From positions 278,608-342,607 of IMG/VR virus record IMGVR_UViG_3300020469_003050: DNA of 64,000 bases; one strand, written 5' to 3'. Positions 38,686 to 46,675 of the stretch are shown in pieces (the stretch's first letter is position 1; each line of letters begins with the position of its first letter). Both the position numbers and the translations under genes were made by a program. Under the pieces are notes generated by a model. That model searched no databases, was not told the origin of the DNA, and saw only the letters and a list, made by a program, of their open reading frames with translations.

Positions 38686-39369
38686 ATGTTAAGATTTCTA
38701 AAGATAATGGGTAACGGTTTTGTTACTTTAATGAACATAACTACTATGGCTATATTGGTTGCTTTTGCCGCCTATGCCACTGGTACTACAATCACATCAG
38801 GCGAGGATCAAATACACGATAGTAGCCAAGAAATATATATTCCTGTTCAAGTAAATCCATCATCACGTATTGATATGGAATACTTTCTAATTGATCCTTA
38901 CAAATTTGAACAAGAATTTTGTCTTGCACAAAATATTTTCTTTGAATCAAGTGTTGATAACAAAGCAGGTATGGCGGCAGTTGCAGATGTTGTTCTTAAT
39001 CGTGTAAAACATTCTTATTATCCTAACACTATTTGTGAAGTAGTATATCAAGCTAAAATGAAAGAAAGCTGGAAAACAAAACAGTTTCCTGACTTAGATG
39101 ATAGTGAACGTAAGTATGTTCCAATTCGTCACCGATGTCAGTTTAGTTGGTACTGTGATGGTAAATCTGATGATATACCTTTAGGTTCAGAGAACTGGAT
39201 TAAAGCACAAATGATTGCATGGGATATTATGCACAATGATGGGCTACGAGGTATCACTGAAGGTGCAACACATTATCACGCAACATATGTAAAACCAAAA
39301 TGGGCTAGTCAACATAATATGGACTTAGTTGGTCGAATTGGTCTTCACATTTTTTATCGTTGGAACTAA
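38686..39369 (+). CDS. Cell-wall hydrolase, SleB/Hydrolase_2 family
   Basis: CLAQNIFFE, VADVVLNRV, PNTICEVVYQ, CQFSW, GATHYHA, IGLHIFY. Confidence 0.9.
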   Translation: MLRFLKIMGNGFVTLMNITTMAILVAFAAYATGTTITSGEDQIHDSSQEIYIPVQVNPSSRIDMEYFLIDPYKFEQEFCLAQNIFFESSVDNKAGMAAVADVVLNRVKHSYYPNTICEVVYQAKMKESWKTKQFPDLDDSERKYVPIRHRCQFSWYCDGKSDDIPLGSENWIKAQMIAWDIMHNDGLRGITEGATHYHATYVKPKWASQHNMDLVGRIGLHIFYRWN

Positions 39370-39476
39370 AATAGTTGTTGCAATCTAATGAATTCTGATG
39401 TATACTAATATTAATATCACCGAAATGTGATTAAACTACAATACAATTTTGTCAACTACAGAAGAGGATATATGAA

Positions 39477-39725
39477 GTGGCAAATAAAACACAACGAGGT
39501 CGTAAGCCTCGTAAAATGTCGGCATCGATGGAAGAAGCAGTTAGTCTTCTGAAACCGATGAAAGGTCGTAATGGGCTGTATAGTTGTTTTAGTAAAAACG
39601 ACAACGGCGAGTACACTGAGGTCGGTGTATATAATTACTCAACTAAGAAATATGCAATATTTCGAACTGAGTACGTAGATGGTACAGCCGTCGATGAGAT
39701 TAAAGAAGTTATCAAGGGACTTTAA
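39477..39725 (+). CDS. Hypothetical protein
   Basis: ORF track. Confidence 0.55.
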   Translation: MANKTQRGRKPRKMSASMEEAVSLLKPMKGRNGLYSCFSKNDNGEYTEVGVYNYSTKKYAIFRTEYVDGTAVDEIKEVIKGL

Positions 39726-39755
39726 GTCCTTTGATTACTCTATTAAGGCAGGGAA

Positions 39756-40928
39756 ATGCATATTGAAAATGAAATAAAATTAAACTACGATGATGTTCTA
39801 ATCAGACCTAAACGTAGTACATTAGGATCACGTAAAGCAGTTGACTTAGAACGTGGCTTTAATTTTCCAAATTATAAATCTTATGTAGCAAAAGATGTAT
39901 TGCCAGACGGATATCCTGTAGTTGAAAAACAAGATAAAGATTTTCGTGGTGTTCCTATTATTGCAAGTAATATGGATGGTGTTGGTACATTTGAAATGGC
40001 TGATAAATTAGCTGAACAGAAAATTATGACATGCCTAGTCAAAACATATTCAGTAGATGAACTTGTCAGTTTTTATGATGGTGACATAGATAGTAAAAGA
40101 AAAGATTTTGTAGCATATTCTATGGGCATTACTGAAAATGATGAACAAAAATTTAAAGTAGTATATCAACAAACATCAAATATTAAATATGTTTGCATTG
40201 ATGTAGCAAATGGATATTCAGAAAGATTTATAGACTTTGTAAGAGAGTTTAGAATGAATTATCCTCATGTAGTAATTATTGCAGGTAATGTAGTTACTGC
40301 TGACCAGACACAGGAGTTAATCTTAAATGGAGCAGATATCGTTAAAGTGGGTATTGGTCCTGGCAGTGTTTGTACTACAAGGATACAAACTGGTGTGGGT
40401 TATCCTCAATTATCGGCAGTTATGGAGTGTGCCGATGCCGCTCATGGTCTTAATGGACATATTATTGCTGATGGCGGTTGTACTTGTCCTGGTGATGTAG
40501 CAAAAGCATTTGCCGGCGGAGCAGATTATGTTATGTTAGGTGGAATGTTAGCAGGACATGATGAGGGTGGAGGCAAAATTGTTACTAAACATATTGCAAC
40601 AGGTGGAGCATACAAAACATCTGAAGGAACATTTGTTCCTTATTTCGAAGAACAGAATTTTATTCAGTTTTATGGAATGAGTTCAGATGCGGCTAACACA
40701 AAACATTTTGGTGGTCTTAAAGATTATCGTGCTAGTGAAGGTCGTGAAGTGTTAGTTCCATATAGAGGAAATGTAGAAAACACAATACAGACTATTTTAG
40801 GTGGCATTCGTTCAACTTGCACTTATGCAGGTGCAAAAAGGTTGAAACATTTATCAAAATGTGCTACATTTGTTAGAACAAATAGTCAGTTTAATAGAAC
40901 ATATGAATCAACAACAACAAAAATGTGA
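39756..40928 (+). CDS. guaC: GMP reductase
   Basis: [46 protein letters not shown]. Confidence 0.95.
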   Translation: MHIENEIKLNYDDVLIRPKRSTLGSRKAVDLERGFNFPNYKSYVAKDVLPDGYPVVEKQDKDFRGVPIIASNMDGVGTFEMADKLAEQKIMTCLVKTYSVDELVSFYDGDIDSKRKDFVAYSMGITENDEQKFKVVYQQTSNIKYVCIDVANGYSERFIDFVREFRMNYPHVVIIAGNVVTADQTQELILNGADIVKVGIGPGSVCTTRIQTGVGYPQLSAVMECADAAHGLNGHIIADGGCTCPGDVAKAFAGGADYVMLGGMLAGHDEGGGKIVTKHIATGGAYKTSEGTFVPYFEEQNFIQFYGMSSDAANTKHFGGLKDYRASEGREVLVPYRGNVENTIQTILGGIRSTCTYAGAKRLKHLSKCATFVRTNSQFNRTYESTTTKM

Positions 40929-41191
40929 TGGGTAGATACAGAGTAAACATTGCTAAATCTAATACAGATATAGGGGTAGGGCTTCCATATACTGTCGTAG
41001 CACAGATATTACCAGAAAGTGATGCTGAGGAGTTAGATAATAGCAACGATGTAATTAAGTTGTTTAGAACAGACTTGTCAGGAAGTTATTCACAACAAGA
41101 CATATCTTGTCACATTGATAATTATACAAGAATAGCAACAATACGATTTAGAAACGAAAAGGATTGTGCAGATTTCTTAATGAGGTATTAA
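40925..41191 (+). CDS. Hypothetical protein
   Basis: ORF track. Confidence 0.5.
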   Translation: MMGRYRVNIAKSNTDIGVGLPYTVVAQILPESDAEELDNSNDVIKLFRTDLSGSYSQQDISCHIDNYTRIATIRFRNEKDCADFLMRY

Positions 41192-41539
41192 ATGCTATTT
41201 CAAATATTATTAACCTTAGCATTATTTTTAACAGTTACAACAATCGTATACAGATTAGTAGGGTTTAGAAAAATTATTGAATGTGTCAAAATGTATGGCA
41301 CAAAAAAGTATTGGGTTAACTATAATATCGTAGAGGCGTCAGCCTGGTATGCAAAAGCATTAGTTATTTTGCCTGCATTATTATACGGTATTGAAGTTTG
41401 GCAATTTCATTTTTTAACACTTTTTACAAGCAGTCTTTTAATATGGGCTAGTAGAGAAAAAGGATTACCTACGTTAGTAATCTTTAATACTTTATGGTTA
41501 GGTATTTCTAGTATTGTTATTGTGAGAAATATAATATAG
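41192..41539 (+). CDS. Membrane protein
   Basis: Multiple TMs; LPTLV.FNT.W. Confidence 0.65.
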   Translation: MLFQILLTLALFLTVTTIVYRLVGFRKIIECVKMYGTKKYWVNYNIVEASAWYAKALVILPALLYGIEVWQFHFLTLFTSSLLIWASREKGLPTLVIFNTLWLGISSIVIVRNII

Positions 41540-41550
41540 AAAGGTACACT

Positions 41551-41781
41551 ATGGAGTTTAATGAAGGAATATTCAAAACATTAAAAGAATTAGCATTAAA
41601 AAGCGATTCATTAACACTTGCATTGATTTATACTTGCGGTCATGTCATTATTGCGATGTCAGTTGTTTCAATAATGACAAATGCATCTTTATGGGAAGCA
41701 GGCGCAGTAGCACTTATTGAACCAGCTATTAATGGTGTTTGGTTTTATGTGTTGCACAAACTTTGGAAAAAGTTTGCATGA
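41551..41781 (+). CDS. DUF2061-like small membrane protein (second copy)
   Basis: YT.GH...ALIEP.INGVWFYVLH. Confidence 0.7.
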   Translation: MEFNEGIFKTLKELALKSDSLTLALIYTCGHVIIAMSVVSIMTNASLWEAGAVALIEPAINGVWFYVLHKLWKKFA

Positions 41782-42173
41782 AAATAAATGAATGGGCAGA
41801 CAATTTAAATCTTTTTGATGATGGCAATGAGAGATTGGTCTATCTAATAGAACTTGCAAAAAAATCTACTACACTACCATATGAATTAAGAACTGATGAT
41901 AGACTTGTAGGTGGGTGTATGTCAAAGATTTGGATTGATGTAGGCGTAGTAGAAGATAAAGTAAAAGTGTATTATGATAGTGATGCAATGATTACAAAAG
42001 GTATCACTAGTATTGTTGCAGATTGTTTTTCAGATATACCAGTTGAAGAGGCAAAAGAAATCAAGCATGAAGATTTTCAAAGTTTAAACATTCAACAATT
42101 ATTATCACAACAACGTAGAAATGGATTAGGAAATTTAATTGAAACTATAAGACAAAAGGTACACGTATTATGA
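41778..42173 (+). CDS. sufE: SufE sulfur-acceptor protein
   Basis: YLIELAK, VGGCMSKIW, DSDAMITKG, LSQQRRNG. Confidence 0.9.
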   Translation: MKINEWADNLNLFDDGNERLVYLIELAKKSTTLPYELRTDDRLVGGCMSKIWIDVGVVEDKVKVYYDSDAMITKGITSIVADCFSDIPVEEAKEIKHEDFQSLNIQQLLSQQRRNGLGNLIETIRQKVHVL

Positions 42174-42580
42174 GAATAGGATTTACATGTAGTAGTTTTG
42201 ACTTGTTACACGCAGGTCATACATTAATGCTTGAAGAGGCAAAAGCACAATGCGATTATCTTATTGTAGGATTGCAAACAGACCCTTCAATAGATAGACC
42301 AACAAAGAATAAACCCGTACAGACAGTTGTTGAAAGATATTTACAATTACGTGCATGTAAATACGTAGATGAGATTATTCCATATGGTACTGAACAAGAC
42401 TTAGAAGATATTCTTTCAGGTATGGATATTGATGTAAGGATTTTAGGTGTAGAATATAGAGACAAAGATTTTACAGGTCGTGATATCTGTAAAAAACGTG
42501 AGATAGAAATACATTTTAATGAACGTGACCATAGGTTTAGTTCAAGTGATTTACGTATGAGGGTAACAAAATGCAAATGA
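42170..42580 (+). CDS. Glycerol-3-phosphate cytidylyltransferase-like (TagD family)
   Basis: FDLLHAGH, LIVGL, YVDEII, FSSS. Confidence 0.85.
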   Translation: MRIGFTCSSFDLLHAGHTLMLEEAKAQCDYLIVGLQTDPSIDRPTKNKPVQTVVERYLQLRACKYVDEIIPYGTEQDLEDILSGMDIDVRILGVEYRDKDFTGRDICKKREIEIHFNERDHRFSSSDLRMRVTKCK

Positions 42581-42900
42581 ATTTATGGGAAATTGATGGG
42601 CAGATAGTAAAGGAAGACGATAGATACGTAGTAAAAGATAATACTTTACTAAAAAATTTAATAGTTAGTTCAACTACATTACATTCAGGTAAATCTACCA
42701 GTGGACATAAACATGAAGGACAAGAAGAAGTTTATATGTTTTTAAAAGGTCATGGTACTATGGAACTTGATGATAAAGAATTACATGTCATTGAAGGTGA
42801 TTGTGTACTGATTGAAGATGGTGTTTTTCATCGTGTACATAATAACGGTTCGGGTGATTTGTATTTTGTATGTGTATTTGATGGCGGGCGAAATCATTAA
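42571..42900 (+). CDS. Cupin-domain protein
   Basis: HKHEGQEEVY...G.G, FHRVHN. Confidence 0.85.
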   Translation: MQMNLWEIDGQIVKEDDRYVVKDNTLLKNLIVSSTTLHSGKSTSGHKHEGQEEVYMFLKGHGTMELDDKELHVIEGDCVLIEDGVFHRVHNNGSGDLYFVCVFDGGRNH

Positions 42901-43058
42901 TGAAAATACTCTTAGTTGTGATGATATTATTAGTCAGTGCTTGTGCCACACCTAAGACAGAAAAAGAAAAGAAGGACAGAACAACATTACAAGTAATTAA
43001 AATTATAGGATGTGTTGTTGCTCCTCATATACCAGTATGTATAACACCAGGTAAGTAA
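42900..43058 (+). CDS. Small lipoprotein (52 aa)
   Basis: MKILLVVMILLVSAC lipobox; TAATG overlap. Confidence 0.55.
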   Translation: MKILLVVMILLVSACATPKTEKEKKDRTTLQVIKIIGCVVAPHIPVCITPGK

Positions 43059-43059
43059 G

Positions 43060-44007
43060 ATGAATATATTTGTAAACTATGAAGCAGGGTCAGGTGGTGA
43101 CTTTTTAAAAATAGCATTGTGGTTTTTATTGAATCCAGAGATTAAAGTAGATTGGAAAAATTTAGATAATATGGATATCCCAATCTTCAATTATTGTAAC
43201 GAACCTGTAGACGGTCTTAAGATAACTGTAACACATGAACCTTATGGTGAATATCTACTATGTTCATTAATGGACGATGGGTCTGTAAAACCTAGTACAG
43301 TTTTAGCTGGTCACGATATAATTGATTTCGGTACGTCTTATCAAAATCAAGTTAGAAATATTCGTGTACATGAAATAGCAATGCTTTATGCTGATGTAAA
43401 TAATATAACAAAGAAAGAAGCACTTGTTAGATTATCAAGGGCACAGGTAAAAAATCAACCACGTAAAGTGAAAGAAGCTATTAAGAAAAGGAATTTTGAA
43501 CATACAGTTTTAGGCGGACATTGGAGTTTTAGTGTAGGGTCAAGGTTAGAAGATATAAATGAATTTTATAAAAGTGTTGTAGGCAAAACATTTAATAGGG
43601 TTATAACTATATTACCTAGTAAACCAAGTGAGCAAATTATGATAAGACACTTGGACTACATTAAAAATAATGGAGTAGAAAATAGACAAGTAATAAATGA
43701 TTCATATAATAACTTAAGAAATATGATTGAGTTGATGAGAAATTATACAACTGCAAAAGAAATGTCTAAACATTATGGTTATAATATAATAACATTTAGT
43801 GAATTGCATTGCTCAAGTGCATTAGACTTGGCAAAAAAGTTAGCAACACACATAGAAGGAATAAAGGTTAATGAGACTTATTTAGAGTTTCATAAAAGAT
43901 ATTCAGAGTTAAACAATATACCATCACTATTAAAGAGTAATAAACTAAAAATATGTGATGATGTAATTGGTAGCTTTATGAAGGAGGTAGACGAATGGGT
44001 ATTATAA
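43060..44007 (+). CDS. Hypothetical protein (possibly sulfotransferase-like fold)
   Basis: N-terminal YEAGSGGDFL. Confidence 0.45.
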   Translation: MNIFVNYEAGSGGDFLKIALWFLLNPEIKVDWKNLDNMDIPIFNYCNEPVDGLKITVTHEPYGEYLLCSLMDDGSVKPSTVLAGHDIIDFGTSYQNQVRNIRVHEIAMLYADVNNITKKEALVRLSRAQVKNQPRKVKEAIKKRNFEHTVLGGHWSFSVGSRLEDINEFYKSVVGKTFNRVITILPSKPSEQIMIRHLDYIKNNGVENRQVINDSYNNLRNMIELMRNYTTAKEMSKHYGYNIITFSELHCSSALDLAKKLATHIEGIKVNETYLEFHKRYSELNNIPSLLKSNKLKICDDVIGSFMKEVDEWVL

Positions 44008-44780
44008 AAGAAAAAGTTTTAGAAGTAAAACATTACACAGACAAGTTGATGCATTTTAAAACTACACGTGCTCCTGGAACTAGATTCCGTGATGGAGAAT
44101 TTTTAATGATTGGATTAGATAATTGGTCAGAGAAGTTACAAAAGAATAAACCAATTATGAGAGCATATTCAGTTGCATCACCAAACTATGAAGAATACAT
44201 GGAATGGTTCTCAATTAAGGTACCAAATGGACCATTAACAAGTAGATTACAACATATAAAACCAGGTGACGAAATACTTGTTAATGATAAATCAGTTGGT
44301 ACATTAGTTATGCCAAATCTAAAACCTGGCAGAAATTTATATCTACTTGCTACTGGTACTGGTGTTGCACCATTTATGAGTTTAGTAAGGGGAATAGAAA
44401 CATACGAAGACTTTGATAATGTAATCTTGGTATGGGGAACTAGAACAGTAAAAGAACTTGCATATAAAGAATTTTTGGAAGGGTTGAATGAACATGAGAT
44501 ATGGGGAGAAATAACTCAAGGTAAGTTTAAATTTTATCCTACAGTGACACGTGAAGAATTCGAAAACACAGGCAGAGTAACAACTGCTATGTATGAAAAC
44601 AAAGTACAAGATAAATTAGGATTACCTAAATTAGATAAAGAACACGATAGAGTTATGATATGTGGCTCAATGCCAATGAATGTTGAATTGAAAGAATACT
44701 TAGAAGGATTAGGTTTCGAAGAAGGAAGTAATAGAGTCCAAGGCGAGTATGTATTAGAGAAAGCATTTGTAGAGAAATGA
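43995..44780 (+). CDS. fpr: Ferredoxin-NADP+ reductase (bacterial subclass I)
   Basis: RAYSVAS, GPLTSRL, TGTGVAPF, VTRE, MICGS, EKAFVEK. Confidence 0.95.
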   Translation: MGIIKEKVLEVKHYTDKLMHFKTTRAPGTRFRDGEFLMIGLDNWSEKLQKNKPIMRAYSVASPNYEEYMEWFSIKVPNGPLTSRLQHIKPGDEILVNDKSVGTLVMPNLKPGRNLYLLATGTGVAPFMSLVRGIETYEDFDNVILVWGTRTVKELAYKEFLEGLNEHEIWGEITQGKFKFYPTVTREEFENTGRVTTAMYENKVQDKLGLPKLDKEHDRVMICGSMPMNVELKEYLEGLGFEEGSNRVQGEYVLEKAFVEK

Positions 44781-44813
44781 TAAGTACATACATTAGAAAG
44801 GATAAAAGGACTT

Positions 44814-45056
44814 ATGAAAGCAACAGTATACAGTAAAAACGCATGTGGGTATTGCGTACAAGCAAAGAATTTATTAAAAATGAAGGGTATCGACATTACA
44901 GAATATAATATACAATTAGACAACGATGCCCGTGTAAAGCTATTTGAAGAATGTAGTAAGATTAATGTAGTTCCAAGAACCGCACCTCAAATATGGTTAG
45001 ACGATGAATACATCGGTGGTTTCCATGAATTACAGAAACATTTTGAAAATGCATGA
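44814..45056 (+). CDS. Glutaredoxin
   Basis: CGYC, TAPQI, IGGF. Confidence 0.9.
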   Translation: MKATVYSKNACGYCVQAKNLLKMKGIDITEYNIQLDNDARVKLFEECSKINVVPRTAPQIWLDDEYIGGFHELQKHFENA

Positions 45057-45672
45057 TTATACTTTCTTAACAGGTGCACCAGGATCAAGATGGTCTGGTG
45101 TTGCACAAATCATTTCAGAGAACTTCAATTATAACAATTCAGATGAAACAGACTGGAGAGTTTACAAGCATGGAGAATTCTCAGGTCATAGAGGAGCCTA
45201 TTGGGGTCCACATATGGAATTAGGGCAAAACTTTCATAGTCTTGAAAGAAATTACAATAATGATATCATAGGATTTAAGAAAGCATGTGATGTGGGATTT
45301 ATAGAACCCATTTCAGCAAAACCAAAGATGATTAAGTGTCACCAATTTGCTTACGGTTTAGATTGGTTAAATCAAAATATAGAAAATTCACAGATACTAA
45401 TAGTCAAAAGAGGAAACCAAGAATGCTTTGATTGGTGGCATGAAGCAGGTGGTTGGAATATATACTATCCAAAATATACATGGTATGTAGATGATAATCA
45501 TATGATGCATTATATTGAAGCAGAAAATAAACTATTAAATGAATTCGTTAAAAGAAATGGTGAATGGGAAGATTTCAATGAAGAATGGTTAACAGAAGAA
45601 TATGGTGAACATAATATTGAAATCGACAAAGACAAATATAGTGACGTAAAGGTTTGCCTAATTAAAACTTGA
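45049..45672 (+). CDS. Sulfotransferase-like P-loop protein
   Basis: FLTGAPGSRWSGV, IKCH, LIVKR. Confidence 0.5.
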   Translation: MHDYTFLTGAPGSRWSGVAQIISENFNYNNSDETDWRVYKHGEFSGHRGAYWGPHMELGQNFHSLERNYNNDIIGFKKACDVGFIEPISAKPKMIKCHQFAYGLDWLNQNIENSQILIVKRGNQECFDWWHEAGGWNIYYPKYTWYVDDNHMMHYIEAENKLLNEFVKRNGEWEDFNEEWLTEEYGEHNIEIDKDKYSDVKVCLIKT

Positions 45673-45719
45673 CATTATACAAAAAGGTGCTATATTAATA
45701 TATAATTACAAGGAGTATT

Positions 45720-46052
45720 ATGTACGAGTTCGAAAATGACGATATGATAGATGTTGAAGGTGTTGAACTTCAAGGGTATGTATCTACAACATACCAAAGA
45801 TTAGTTGACACATTTGGCGATCCTACTATAGGTAGTGATATGTCTGATGCTGAATGGGTCTTACAATTCAAAGTACCTCATGATACTGAGGGGTATAGCG
45901 AAGAAGTTGATTACATTGCGGCAACTATACACAAAATAGATGAGTGGGATGAAGATAACATTCCTGATGGAATATATAAATGGCATGTAAGTGGTTTCGA
46001 TGAGGAAGCACTTGATTGTGTCAAGGAAGTATTAGGCGAAGAAGATGAGTAA
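45720..46052 (+). CDS. Acidic hypothetical protein
   Basis: LQGYV.TTY..LV..FGDP; promoter TTGACA(45669)-16-TATATT. Confidence 0.65.
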   Translation: MYEFENDDMIDVEGVELQGYVSTTYQRLVDTFGDPTIGSDMSDAEWVLQFKVPHDTEGYSEEVDYIAATIHKIDEWDEDNIPDGIYKWHVSGFDEEALDCVKEVLGEEDE

Positions 46053-46224
46053 AAAGAAAGCACATTTTTTATATCTTATTGACCATCCTGATGGCAATAA
46101 CGAAATGAAATTAATGACAGAATCAGAAGCGAAACATTATGCGTTGATACATGAAAGAGAAGTCTGGAATGTTCATAGTTCAATGGATTTAGAACCTGAT
46201 ATGCTTGAGCCTCAAAAACTATAA
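46045..46224 (+). CDS. Hypothetical protein (59 aa)
   Basis: Open frame overlapping previous stop. Confidence 0.45.
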   Translation: MSKKKAHFLYLIDHPDGNNEMKLMTESEAKHYALIHEREVWNVHSSMDLEPDMLEPQKL

Positions 46225-46274
46225 TATACAATATATTGTAAGTAAATTAATCCACAAATTGTAGTAAATACTTA

Positions 46275-46376
46275 TGCAGGCTTTTTGCCTGCACTTTAGT
46301 ACGGTGCTCCCTGCACCGTTCTCTAGTCCTCTTCGCCAACTGACCCGGTAGTAGCAATACTATCGGGTCTTTTTTT
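46275..46376 (+). ncRNA. Putative small RNA with CU-rich anti-SD segments
   Basis: Two perfect 7-bp hairpins, CU-rich linker, 12-bp GCAA-loop terminator plus T7; GTAAATA just upstream. Confidence 0.6.
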
Positions 46377-46675
46377 GCTTGTTTTCAAAGTGATTTCTAC
46401 GAAAATAATAAATATTTGCATGGGAAATACAAGTAGTTTTCTGTTTTACAGTTTACTATCGCAACCCAACTGATATCGCATAATAGCGATTAAAATGAAT
46501 TATTGCGAAGTCCCTTCTCTTTATGAGGTGCAAAAGGTTCGAACCGTTATATTTGCATTGCAACAGTAACAGAGAGGTCTTCTATTCAGAATATAGGGTT
46601 GCACTTTGAGTGCAACCCACTGAAACATTAATCAGTGCGATAGATAAATACATACATAAGTAAAGCAGGGAAAGT

